This document shows positions 11,621 to 24,789 of a stretch of DNA of 64,000 nucleotides, piece after piece; within the stretch, counting starts at the first letter, position 1, and every line of letters begins with the position of its first letter. The translations under genes and the position numbers were made by a program. The notes under the pieces were generated by a model that saw only the letters and a program-made list of their open reading frames with translations, was not told the origin of the DNA and did no database searches. Source of the stretch: an uncultured Verrucomicrobiae bacterium (lineage in GTDB: Bacteria > Verrucomicrobiota > Verrucomicrobiia > Opitutales > JABDGR01). The stretch lies in the NCBI GenBank assembly GCA_963765205.1, contig CAVXVB010000009.1:1312001-1376000 (forward strand), in the 5' to 3' direction.

Positions 11621-13024
11621 TCAATACGCCGTCTTTGGCGGATATAACACCTGGCCGATGGTGCGGAACATAATCTGGATGTCGAGGCCCAGCGTCCAGT
11701 TGTTGATGTAGTCCAAATCGTAGCGCACGCGGCGGCGCAGCACCTCAACGTCGGTGATTTCGCCGCGGAAGCCGAACGACTGGGCTAGGCCGGTGATGCC
11801 CGGCTTGGCAAAGTGGCGCATCGGGTAAACATCCACATACTGGTGGAACAGCGCGTCGTGCTCCGGCAAATGCGGGCGCGGGCCGACGCAACTCATCTCC
11901 CCGCGCAGGACATTGAGGAATTGCGGAAACTCATCGAGGCTGGTGCGCCGCAGCCATTGGCCAAAGGGGAAGATGCGCACGTCCCCCTTGGTCGCCTGCT
12001 TCGCTTCCGCAATCGTCCGTCCGGAGTCAACATGCATGGTGCGGAATTTCAGCAGCACAAATTCCGCCCGGTTATAGCCGCGGCGGCGCTGCTTGAAGAA
12101 CAGCGGACCGGCCGACTGCCGGCGGTGCCCCACCCACACCATCGGCACCAGCACGGGTAGCACAAAGAAAACCACGGGGATGCTGATGGCCAGATCAAAC
12201 GCGCGCTTGATGAAACGGTTGAGCAGGTTCTCGAGCGGCTCCTCGCGCAGCATAAAAAACATGTGCCCGGACTCCGTCACCGGAATCAGCGGTTGCGGGA
12301 AAATCCCCGCCCAGGGGTTGTAAATGAGCAGACGGCAGCCCTCGGAGTCGCACAAATTGGCCACGCGCCGCACCAGTTCGGGCGATTCGCGCGTGCCCAG
12401 CAGGATCACCTGGTGGATGTTGCGTTCCCGCGCGACGCGTTCGAGATCATACACCGACCCCAGCACTGGCCACGGCACCTCGCCGCCGCCCCCGCCATGC
12501 CACGTCAACTGGCCCGCGATCTCATAGCCCACCGCCGCGGTGGACTCGATCCAGTCGCGCACCCGCAACGCCGCTTCTATGTCCCCGATAATCAAACAGG
12601 CGCGCAAGTTCCGGCCCGAAAAAAGCAGTTTGGCCAGGCGGCCCGGCGCCAGCAGGTTCAGTAGAAACAACATTACCCAGGACACCCCCAGGTAGCTGAA
12701 CAACATCCCGCGGCTGACGATTTCGTTCTTGGTGACAAAGAAAAGCCCGAAGATCAGTGCGGCGAGGATCGCCATCTGCCGGTAAGTCACCCGCCAAGCC
12801 CATTCCAGACGCGGGCTGGGGCCGCTTTGCGCGCGGTAAAGATTAATGCCCATCAAGCCCGCCACCAGCGCCGCGCCCATGTAGGCCAGCACATCCCCGG
12901 TGGCGAAGTCCGCGCCGCTGAAATGTGCCCACAGCATCGAGACCACCAAGAATAGCAGGGGCAGCGCCACCGCCACCATGGCGCCCAACAGCCGGTATAG
13001 TCCTCTCGTGCGGTGATGAATCAT
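11621..13024 (-). CDS. Undecaprenyl-phosphate sugar phosphotransferase (WcaJ/exopolysaccharide biosynthesis type)
   Basis: N-terminal TM helices, CoA-binding-like middle, C-terminal KRAFDL...KFRTM...LRRTSLDEFPQFLNVLRGEMSCVGPRP...KPGITGLAQ...DLDYI. Confidence 0.9.
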   Translation of the reverse strand: MIHHRTRGLYRLLGAMVAVALPLLFLVVSMLWAHFSGADFATGDVLAYMGAALVAGLMGINLYRAQSGPSPRLEWAWRVTYRQMAILAALIFGLFFVTKNEIVSRGMLFSYLGVSWVMLFLLNLLAPGRLAKLLFSGRNLRACLIIGDIEAALRVRDWIESTAAVGYEIAGQLTWHGGGGGEVPWPVLGSVYDLERVARERNIHQVILLGTRESPELVRRVANLCDSEGCRLLIYNPWAGIFPQPLIPVTESGHMFFMLREEPLENLLNRFIKRAFDLAISIPVVFFVLPVLVPMVWVGHRRQSAGPLFFKQRRRGYNRAEFVLLKFRTMHVDSGRTIAEAKQATKGDVRIFPFGQWLRRTSLDEFPQFLNVLRGEMSCVGPRPHLPEHDALFHQYVDVYPMRHFAKPGITGLAQSFGFRGEITDVEVLRRRVRYDLDYINNWTLGLDIQIMFRTIGQVLYPPKTAY

Positions 13025-13185
13025 TGATTTGCAGGCAGTTATCGCCTCAATAGCCCTTCTCTTAATAGCGGCCATCATGCCCAAGGCGCAATCTGAATCG
13101 GTAACCCAGTGGGCCATCCCGCTGGGAGTTACCCCGCAGGCCCCCCTCAAAACTCAGCATTGCTGCCTCTGTCTTCCTTCTATAA

Positions 13186-13578
13186 AAACCCTCCAGGCCC
13201 AGCCTGTCCCCGAAGCCCACCCACAAGGCCGTCCTCGTTTATTACGAAAGCCTGGCCAAGTTCGAACAGCTCGGCATCAAACACGAAACCGCCGTCCGCT
13301 CCGCCTTTCAGGAATTGCTCGAACATTGTGCCCGCCAGTTCGATTGGAAACTCGTCCCCGAATTCCCCCTCAAGCGCAAAGGCCGGGCCGACGCCAAAGC
13401 CGACGGCGCGCTGCTCGACCACTACGGCCTCAATCACGGCCTCTGGGCAGCCAAGGACTCCGCCGACGATCTCGATCAGGAGATCAAGCACAAGTTCGCC
13501 CTCGGCTACTTGGAATTGATGGAGGGCAAAGGTGGTGATGATCTTCCGCCAGTCTCGACAATGGCGTGGGAAATCTAG
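13186..13578 (+). pseudogene. N-terminal fragment of a type ISP/IIG-like restriction-modification enzyme
   Basis: Frame reads YYESLAKFEQLGIKHETAVRSAFQELL...DGALLD...GLWAAKDSADDLDQEI...GY. No start codon (TAA at 13183); the expected EAK nuclease motif reads AAK; truncated. Confidence 0.6.
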
Positions 13579-14273
13579 CTCATCGCCCACTCGCGTTCAT
13601 CTGACCCTTCAGGCTGGTCGCCCACCGCGCCCTGACTATCGAGCGCGGAGACCATGAGCGCAACCACATTAACCAAGTCAAGCGCCCCTTTTAAGCGCTT
13701 ACTGACGCTTTCCACGATTTTTTGATTCTTCAAGGACAATTCAGAATGGTAGCTCATGGTGACCTGACCCTTGCCAGCGGCGAGGTCTGCTTGCTCCTGC
13801 TTAAAGTAACTTTGCTCGTCGGAACGAACCTGCGCCTGCTTCTCGCTGATGTCCTCATCGTAGTCATCCTCGGTCGCCAACCCCTCGGGATCGAACTTGG
13901 TCCAAGGGTTCTGGCGGCAGTAAGCGTAGAAATTAAGCCCATCCGGCCCGAAGACGCCGCTGGGGTCGGGAGTGAGGAAGCTTTCGAGGCCTGGAACGCG
14001 GAGGCGCTGGCCCTCCTCGATCCAGCCGGTGGGGTCTTGTTCCTTGGTGTTGCTGTGGAAACGTTCCACCTCCGCCCCACTGGCCGTCCATTCCTGGGCG
14101 CCGTAGGCGGGCAGATTTTCTGGGCTTTCAGAAAGCGGCGGCGGGTTCGGGTTATGCCCGCCGTCCTCCGTAAAGGCAGCCTGGTCGGTGAGGTTGCCGA
14201 GTTTCCCGGTCGTTTGCGCCTCGACATCACCTCGACCATCATAATGATAGAGCGAGGGACTATCGTCATGCAA
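13575..14273 (-). pseudogene. Orphan/degenerate RHS repeat-associated core with short C-terminal tip
   Basis: YHYDGRGDV, AYG, TKEQDPTG, FLTPDPSG...DGLNFYAYCRQNPWTKFDPEGL core signature; no upstream YD-repeat body. Confidence 0.8.
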
Positions 14274-14352
14274 AGATCAGAGTGATCTGCCCCCATTTAA
14301 TGGAAGGTATGTAGTGGGATAACCGACCAGAGGTTCGTAGCTCACCGATCTA

Positions 14353-15091
14353 CTACTGGTGCAACAAGACCAGGCCAGCAGCCAACGGGGCCAGCGCCTG
14401 CAAACTTTCGACCTGACGCGCGTGCCGCACGTCCCGGCAGTGGTGATGGCCCCGGCCGGCGAGCAACGGCAGTTGATTTTCCAGCGACGCAGGCACCGGC
14501 GCAGCGGGCGACCGGCCCGGGTCCAGCGATTGCGGCGGCGGCCCCGATGAGGGGCGATCCGTTCGAGACCTTGGAGGGCCTGTGCCCGGTCGAGTTGGTC
14601 GGAGTCGCAGGGCCTTTGTCGCCCCTGAGCCGCCTCGGCCGGGCGGCGTGGCGTGGCACAAGGGTGGCGTCCCCCAGCGTTACATCCGCGGGCGCAGCGC
14701 TGGTTGGGCCAAGGGTGAGAGGAAGACCAGCGCGGTGTGCCACGGCCAGGATCTTGGTCCCTTTGCCGCGCTTCTTTTTGCCGACGGCCGCGCCCCCTTT
14801 TTCGCGGAGGCGAAGGTTGCGTCCGCCAAGCACCCGCGCAAGGCGAGTGGGCCGCGGGCGCCCAGGTCGTCGGCAAGGCCCGGGCGCACTTTGGTCAGCA
14901 CCCCTGCGCGGTGCCAGATTTGGAACCAGTCAGGCACCGGGTTCGACGGTCCCGTACCGGCTGGGCCGCTCGTCCCCAGGTGCGCGGGTGCGCAAAATCC
15001 ACAAGACGCGGTTGATCGCTTTGCCCGAATCGCGCCAGGACCGGCGGAGAAACGTTTTTAAGATGGCCCATTGTTCATCAGTGAGGCCCAT
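14353..15091 (-). mobile_element. Degenerate IS5-family transposase
   Basis: MGLTDEQWAIL...INRVLWILRT...RYG N-terminus; DATFASAKKGG, GKGTKILAV, LRGDKG and RRWKI motifs spread over several frames with stops. Confidence 0.8.
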
Positions 15092-15173
15092 CTCTAAGCA
15101 CGGGAACTGTCAGCTACGTTAATGAACTGATGGGGAAACTTTTTTCGATTTAGCTAAAATGCAGAAAAACGGA

Positions 15174-16529
15174 TCAAATGTCTATCGTCGATGCTGTTTC
15201 CTTCGTTCCGGCGCCGAGCGACAAAATTATCGCCGCAGCGAGGGTCATACATGCGCACAGGAAGTAAATCCCGCCGTCAAACGAGCCGCTGCTGCTACTG
15301 GCTTGCAAGTGACCCAGCACATAGGGGCCGACAAAGCCGCCGAGGGAGCCGACGGAGTTGATCAGCCCGATGCTACCGGCGGCCGCCATTTCGGTGAGGA
15401 ACAAACTCGGCAGCGCCCAAAACGCGGGCTGATAACCTTTGATCCCGGCGAAAAACACAATGAAACACGTGATGGTCAGCGGCAGATGCCCGCGCGTCAG
15501 CGGCGCGAGCAACATGGCCACCAGGGCGAGGAGGATCGAAAAGGCGGCGTGACGACGATACTCCTTCCGTCGGTCGGAATGCCAACCCACCCACAGTTGG
15601 CTGGCCACTGCGGCGCAGGGCGGGAGGATGAGCAGCGAGGTCAGGTTATCCAGCTTAAGCGAATACCAGGAATCGAGAATACTGGGCAGGAAAAATTCGT
15701 AACCGTAATTCACGGTCACGCCGAACAAGTAGGCCAGCATCAGGCTCAACACCTTTGGGTTGAGCAACCCTTCCCGCAACGTCATGCGCCGACGCCCCGC
15801 CACTTGGGCCTTTTCCAGCACCAACTGTTCGGTAAGCGCCTGCTTTTCTGCGGGGGTCAGCCATGGCGCGTCGGCAGGGTGATCGGCGAGCGTGAAAAAC
15901 ACGATGATGCCGAGGGCGACGGCGGGCAGCCCCCAAAAAACATACACCCATTGCCAGCCGACGAGGCCGAGCAGGGCGGCATGATGCACCAGGGTGCCGG
16001 CGACCGTCTCGTCGGTGCCAATTTTTAGCAGCGCACCGGAAATTTTCGGGCTGAGGATTTGAGCGGCGGGGGTGGCAATCATAAACCAGGCCAGCGTGCG
16101 CGCCCGGTCGCGGCGGGGAAACCAGTGCGTGAGGTAAATCAAGACACAAGGGAAAAATCCGGCTTCGGCCAGCCCCAGCATGAAGCGGACAACGTAGAAC
16201 TGCAGGGGGGTTCGCACGGTGGCGGTGAGCGCGGCAACCAGCCCCCAACTGACCATAATCCGGCAGATTAACCGGCGGGCGCTCCATTTTTCGATGGCGA
16301 GCGCACAGGGAATTTCGAGCAAAATGTAACCGAGAAAAAACACCCCCGAGGCGGTCCCGATCACCGCGTTATCGAACCCGAGGTCTTTGAGCATCGTCAG
16401 CTTGGCGAGGGAAATATTGGCGCGGTCCACATACGCGATGACGTAAGCGAGAAAAAGCAGCGGCAACATTCGCCAGTAAGCTTTCTGGCGCGCGCGATTC
16501 AGGGCGGCGGGGTCAATCATGGTGCTCAA
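15174..16529 (-). CDS. MFS transporter, anion:cation symporter family
   Basis: YVDRANIS, FFLGYILLEIP, RFMLGLAEAGFFP, WQWVY, INSVGSLGGFVGP; about 12 TM helices. Confidence 0.9.
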   Translation of the reverse strand: MSTMIDPAALNRARQKAYWRMLPLLFLAYVIAYVDRANISLAKLTMLKDLGFDNAVIGTASGVFFLGYILLEIPCALAIEKWSARRLICRIMVSWGLVAALTATVRTPLQFYVVRFMLGLAEAGFFPCVLIYLTHWFPRRDRARTLAWFMIATPAAQILSPKISGALLKIGTDETVAGTLVHHAALLGLVGWQWVYVFWGLPAVALGIIVFFTLADHPADAPWLTPAEKQALTEQLVLEKAQVAGRRRMTLREGLLNPKVLSLMLAYLFGVTVNYGYEFFLPSILDSWYSLKLDNLTSLLILPPCAAVASQLWVGWHSDRRKEYRRHAAFSILLALVAMLLAPLTRGHLPLTITCFIVFFAGIKGYQPAFWALPSLFLTEMAAAGSIGLINSVGSLGGFVGPYVLGHLQASSSSGSFDGGIYFLCACMTLAAAIILSLGAGTKETASTIDI

Positions 16530-16699
16530 GGCCGCGTGCTGGCGGGATGTTTTCGCAGGCGCGGTTTTATGGCTGAAGGGACATCATTCCGGTAAAATCG
16601 CCAAAGGGCAATGCGGGAGATGGCAGGGTGGGGGTCAAACGCTAATTTTTTCAATGGCTGGGGCGTGGCCCATGAGTTGGTACCGATGGGGAGTATTGC

Positions 16700-18119
16700 C
16701 TATTGCTTCCAATATTTATCCACAAAATTGAGGAAGACCTTCCAGTCGGCGGCGCTGATCTCATGGCGGCCGGTGTGGTAGTAATAGGCCAGGTCGCCGG
16801 CGATGACGGGCGTTTCCGGCGCGGGCCACTCGGTGATGCCCAAGTCTTTCGCGCCGACCAGGCGGTAAACCGGCCCCGGCCGCCACTTCGCCGAGGAATT
16901 CGCCCTTCGGGTCCGACCACTGATCCAGGCTGCCGCCAGTGATGAGCAGCGGGCGCGGCGCGATGAGCGAGATCAAAAAATGCGTGTCCACCGGCATGTC
17001 GTCCCAATGCCCGGCGTATTTTTGCAAATTGCCGGCGAACTGCCAGGGGAAGTTCTGCGCCATGTCGTCAATCGTCTCGCCAAAATCGCGCCGGCCGAGC
17101 GAGGAGCCGAGTTCTCCGCCCTGGCTCGAGAAGACAATGGAGAAGCGCGTATCCGCCGCGCCGGCCCACAACACCGTCTTGCCCAGGCGCGAATGGCCGA
17201 CGAGGGCGACGCGCTTGGCGTTCACCGCCGGGTCGGTTTCGAGATAATCCATGATGCGGCTAAGGCCCCAGGCCCAGGCACTGATGGTGCCCCATTCATC
17301 GGCTGCCGGTTTGTCCTGTCCCGGAGCGAGGGCGAGCTTGCGCACGAGGTTCAGGCTGGTCGTGGCCGAGTCGCCCTCGATGTCGGTGTAATGCACAATC
17401 GCGTAGCCGTAGCCGCGCGCCAGCAGGTCCGCAATCGGCTCCGGCGGGGTGACGCCGCGCGCGGCGGTCGCAGAGGGCGGCGGCGGTTTGGTCGGATCAA
17501 CGTCCGTGAGGCTGGGCGTGGGTGAGGGGTTGGCGGGTGCGGCGCCGAAGCTTATGCTCAACACCACCGGCACCGGGCCGGCGGCGTGCGCGGGGAGAAA
17601 CATCGCGATCTTCATCGTCGGGCCATCCGGCCCGCCGAAATGCCCCACGAGCTGCTTGCGAATCGCCGTGCCGTTCATCGCCTGCGGGTCGGTCGAGGCG
17701 ACTTCCCAAGTGACTTTCGGCGCGGTGTCCGGCACGCGGCCATAAATTTGCGTGGCATAATAGTTGACGATTTCCGGGCGGCGGAAATTGAACCAGGTGT
17801 CGGCATCCGTGACCGGAACGCCGCTGGCCAGCTTAAGCGGGTCGGGCAGGGTGTAGGGCGGGATTTTATCTTCGTAGTAATTCGTAATATGCCCAGTCTT
17901 CACGGCCACCTTGAGCGAGCGGCCATCGGCGTCCTTCAAAGCCGGCGCTGTCCCGCGCGCCGCCGTCGAAGTGGGAGCCGGGGTGGTGGTGGTTGCGGAC
18001 GGCGCGGAAGTTCCAGCGGAATCAGCCGGGCCGGTTTCCGCCGCGCGAAGGGGCAGGCTGGCGAAGGCCAGCAAACTTACCAAAGAGAAAATAAGAATAA
18101 ATCGGGTAAGGATTTTCAT
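16700..18119 (-). CDS. Glucuronoyl-esterase-like protein (CE15); apparent frameshift near 16878
   Basis: Signal peptide, YTLPDPL, AWAWGLSRIMDYL, GHSRLGK catalytic motif, LIAPRP, DQWSDPKGE. The shifted frame continues PVYRLVG...HTGRHEISAADWKVFLNFVDKYWKQ*. Confidence 0.85.
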
Positions 18120-18240
18120 GGGGCAATAGGGTGGTTGTTACACTGATATTCTCCCACCCTAATTCCGCAACCACGAAAAACGGCGAGCAGCATTTCAGTT
18201 TAATCTTATAGCCAGACAATCCGCACCCGCATTGAAAAAT

Positions 18241-18933
18241 CTAAACCACTCCTTTGTTGAGTCTGTCGAACTCGGCTATGAAGTCGCCCATTTGGTCAAG
18301 TCGCTCCGCCTGCATGAGCGCCGGGAATGCGTCCTCGCCCTTATTGTTCGAGTATCTGGGAAGGTAAAATCGGTGGAAACAGCTAACTGCGCCAATCAAT
18401 ATAATCCAAGTATTGCCTCCACTAAATCGAAGCGGAAAAAGTGGCCCTCCACTAACCCCGGGGACTGCGACCCCATCTACGAGGTAACGGGAGTGGGGAT
18501 CGCCGGTGCATGCACTGATGTGGCCGGAAAAGAAGCAAAGTGTGTCGGGGTGGGTAGTGGGGAATCCAGCCCAACCAACTTCCTCACCAATTTCAAAGAT
18601 GTTGGCGGATGGCCCAATTTCTACACCTATCTTACGGAGTTTAGCAAATATCCCAGGCTTGACAGAGAGTATAATCGTATCGCCGCGTTCCAGAGTGGTG
18701 TCTTTGATTATTTTCCATTCCGATTTTTCCAGAGTTATCGAAGGAAGCCAACGTCCGTTAGAAAGCGTAATAGATGATTCACCGCTTTTTACATCCGCAA
18801 GCACATGGGCGGCCGTAACTATCAGTGCGGCATGATCATCCACTCGATAAACAAAACCCGTTCCATGCCCGGCATTAGTGTCGATTTTAACAGTTATCTC
18901 GGTCACGCATTCAACCGTGTGTTGCGGAATCAT
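18241..18933 (-). CDS. Stand-alone trypsin-like serine protease
   Basis: GTGF, TAAHV (His), GDTIIL (Asp) and GVSGGP (Ser) motifs; no signal peptide or PDZ domain; lower GC than flanks. Confidence 0.8.
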   Translation of the reverse strand: MIPQHTVECVTEITVKIDTNAGHGTGFVYRVDDHAALIVTAAHVLADVKSGESSITLSNGRWLPSITLEKSEWKIIKDTTLERGDTIILSVKPGIFAKLRKIGVEIGPSANIFEIGEEVGWAGFPTTHPDTLCFFSGHISACTGDPHSRYLVDGVAVPGVSGGPLFPLRFSGGNTWIILIGAVSCFHRFYLPRYSNNKGEDAFPALMQAERLDQMGDFIAEFDRLNKGVV

Positions 18934-18984
18934 AATCACGTCACTTTTTGTGCGTTTTGGGAGTCGAGCAAGCCAATAAAACAC

Positions 18985-19018
18985 CAACGCCTCTCCGGCG
19001 GGGGCCGGAGAGGCGTTG
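18985..19018 (-). terminator. Terminator hairpin downstream of groEL
   Basis: CAACGCCTCTCCGGC-GGGG-GCCGGAGAGGCGTTG, followed by GTGTTTTATT on the minus strand. Confidence 0.7.
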
Positions 19019-19056
19019 ATATCTGAAAGCATCGGCAGCGCCGATACTGAATTGGG

Positions 19057-20723
<1,667 letters not shown>

Positions 20724-20780
20724 GGTATTTTAAGTAAGTTAAGAGGTTTATGATTTACGGTTTGCGGTTGGGTGGCTGGT

Positions 20781-20814
20781 GTAGGGGCGTCCCGCGAAGC
20801 GGGACTGCGCCCTC
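20781..20814. repeat. GTAG-family REP whose centre is replaced by a TCCCGCGAAGCGGGA hairpin
   Basis: GTAGGGGCG[TCCCGCGAAGCGGGA]CTGCGCCCTC versus intact copies at 24146-24172 and 24193-24217. Confidence 0.75.
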
Positions 20815-20832
20815 TGACCATGGACAGCCGTT

Positions 20833-21129
20833 TTAGCCGATGACGCCGAGGATGTCGTCCTCGCGCAGCAGCGAATATTTGTCGTCACCGATTTTGACTT
20901 CGGTGCCGCCGTATTTGGAGACGAGGACCTTGTCGCCCACCTTCACTTCGAAGGGGATGACCTTGCCGTCGTCGTCTTTTTTGCCGGTGCCGAGCGCGAT
21001 CACTTCGGCTTCCTGCGATTTTTCCTTGGCGGAGTCGGGGATGATGATCCCGCCCTTCATTTGTTCTTTCTCTTCGATCGCCTTCACAAGCACGCGATCG
21101 CCGAGCGGTTGGATTTTCAGTTTGGCCAT
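20833..21129 (-). CDS. groES: Co-chaperonin GroES
   Basis: [36 protein letters not shown] motifs. Confidence 0.98.
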   Translation of the reverse strand: MAKLKIQPLGDRVLVKAIEEKEQMKGGIIIPDSAKEKSQEAEVIALGTGKKDDDGKVIPFEVKVGDKVLVSKYGGTEVKIGDDKYSLLREDDILGVIG

Positions 21130-21173
21130 AGCAGTTGGTTGTTTTATGGGTTGGGAGGTTGGGGTTGAAAAGT

Positions 21174-21263
21174 AAGGATGAAGGCTGAGGGATGAAGGAT
21201 GAAGGGCGGAGGATAAAGGAAAAAATCAGATCTGGGACTGATTCATCCTTCATCCCTCAGCCT

Positions 21264-21271
<8 letters not shown>
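21174..21271. repeat. Inverted array of heptamer repeats (GGATGAA unit)
   Basis: Perfect 30-bp inverted repeat 21174-21203 / 21242-21271 built of 7-mers; the right arm overlaps the dnaK stop codon. Confidence 0.9.
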
Positions 21272-23207
<1,936 letters not shown>

Positions 23208-23221
23208 TTGCCTGAACGGTT

Positions 23222-23237
23222 AGCAATGGGCGTGCCT
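23222..23237 (-). promoter_or_regulatory. Putative sigma54 (-24/-12) promoter of the dnaK-groES-groEL operon
   Basis: Minus strand AGGCACG-CCCA-TTGCT matches the TGGCACG-N4-TTGCW consensus with correct spacing; AT-rich tract upstream. Confidence 0.65.
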
Positions 23238-23391
23238 GGGCGATATATTTATATCCAAGTCATTTATTAATAGCGTCTTATATTTATTTTCAAATCCATG
23301 AGCGATTCATCTGGCTATGCTATTAGAGCCACATTGTCCCACTCAAGTGACACACAGCGCCATGATCGAGACATAAAATTTAAAAAATTAG

Positions 23392-23420
23392 TTGACAAGA
23401 CAAGATTAGTGATTTAAGGT
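23392..23420 (+). promoter_or_regulatory. Putative sigma70 promoter for the SeqA-like gene
   Basis: TTGACA-N17-TAAGGT, 32 nt upstream of the ATG at 23453. Confidence 0.6.
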
Positions 23421-23452
23421 AAGACTCAGTTAATAACCACCAGGCTCACACC

Positions 23453-24141
23453 ATGAATTCCAAAATTGAAGACCTAAGAAAACAAGCGTTCGAACAAATG
23501 CAGCGGGCAGCCGCTGCAATGAAGACGTCCGACGTTGTGCGTTTAACGCCGCTATTGGAACGGCTCGCTAAACTCGAATCTGAAGCGTCGCTGCTTGCGA
23601 CGCAGATTCAAGAGATTGAAGGATTGCTTTCAGGCACTATTATTGCGGTTCCCCGGCAATCATACGTCACGAGCAACAATATCGAGATTAACGGTTCCCG
23701 ACCCAGAAGCGTTCTCACAGCAAATTGAAGATAGCATTAAACTGGCGTGCAATTGGCAGGGAACGGCCGAACGAAGAAATTTGCCATCAGTTTGCTAGTG
23801 GAACCCAAGCGATATTTTTAAGCAAACTTATCACTGTGCTAGGGCCACAGACTGAATCGCAAATTGTTCGTTTTTGCTCGTCACAAGCTACACGCATGTA
23901 TCTTTCAAAGAATCCGGACATAGATCCACATTTCACGAATCGACAAACTAGCGAGGAGTATTCTCGCGCTCGTATCCCCGGCACGGAGTGGTATGTAATT
24001 ACGAATACGAATACAAATACGAAAAAGGCAGACTTGGAAAAGTTGCTGCATTTTCTCAAGTTTTCTAAGGATTTTGCTATAATTGAACAAATCAATAAGC
24101 CGGCCAACGATATACCTGATGAAATGTTGGCGGCGCTCTAA
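23453..24141 (+). CDS. Coiled-coil + SeqA C-terminal-like domain protein (two ORFs, probably one ~229 aa gene frameshifted at ~23708)
   Basis: ORFs 23453..23728 and 23725..24141; TRMYLS and IPGTEWYVITNTNT resemble SeqA TRVYFA and [14 protein letters not shown]. Confidence 0.6.
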
Positions 24142-24145
24142 CTCC

Positions 24146-24217
24146 GAGGGCGCAGCAAGTCTGCGCCCCTACAAAAACGGGCTGTGCGCAATGTAGGGGC
24201 GCAGTCTTGCTGCGCCC
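24146..24217. repeat. Inverted pair of GTAG-family REP sequences
   Basis: GAGGGCGCAGCAAGTCTGCGCCCCTAC (24146-24172) and GTAGGGGCGCAGTCTTGCTGCGCCC (24193-24217). Confidence 0.8.
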
Positions 24218-24308
24218 GATTGGATTATCCGTGCCATTCGTGGTCAAACTGGCCAACTACCATAATTTAGTTTCCAATTAGCGGCCGCCGGTATATCTAT
24301 AGGCGGAC

Positions 24309-24746
24309 ATGCCCACCATCGCGATTGCCTCCGACCATGCCGGCTTTGATTTGAAGACGGCCATTATCGCCCATTTGCGCGCGAAGGGTCTCACCGTGGT
24401 GGATTTTGGCACCGACAGCACGGTGCCGGTGGACTATCCGGATTTCATCCGGCCCGCCGCCGAAAGCGTGGCCAAAGGCGAAAGCGACCTCGGCATCGTC
24501 CTCGGCGGCAGCGGCAACGGGGAGGCCATCGTGGCCAACAAAGTTCGCGGCATCCGTTGCGGTTACTGCTGGAGCGAGGAGAGCGCCCGGCTCACCAAGC
24601 TGCACAACAACGCGAACGTCATCGCCATCGGCGCCCGGCTGGTGAGCGAAAACCTGGCGCTCAAAATCGTGGACACTTGGCTGGCGACGGAATTTGAAGG
24701 CGGCCGGCACATCCGCCGGATTGAAAAAATTGAGAGTGGTGAGTGA
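24309..24746 (+). CDS. rpiB: Ribose-5-phosphate isomerase B
   Basis: ASDHAGFDLK, DYPD, GSGNGEAIVANKVRGIR, HNNANV, FEGGRH motifs. Confidence 0.95.
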   Translation: MPTIAIASDHAGFDLKTAIIAHLRAKGLTVVDFGTDSTVPVDYPDFIRPAAESVAKGESDLGIVLGGSGNGEAIVANKVRGIRCGYCWSEESARLTKLHNNANVIAIGARLVSENLALKIVDTWLATEFEGGRHIRRIEKIESGE

Positions 24747-24789
24747 CCGAAGGTTTGAGCGCTGATAGGGGCCTCCCCGATGTAATAAC

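Noticed and set aside
18232..18777. 181 aa plus-strand ORF antisense to the protease
   Set aside because: No recognisable motifs, and it fully overlaps a gene with a complete catalytic triad; treated as a shadow ORF.
23208..23260. CIRCE/HrcA operator upstream of dnaK
   Set aside because: TTAGCA is present, but the TTAGCACTC-N9-GAGTGCTAA inverted repeat is not; the site fits a sigma54 promoter better.
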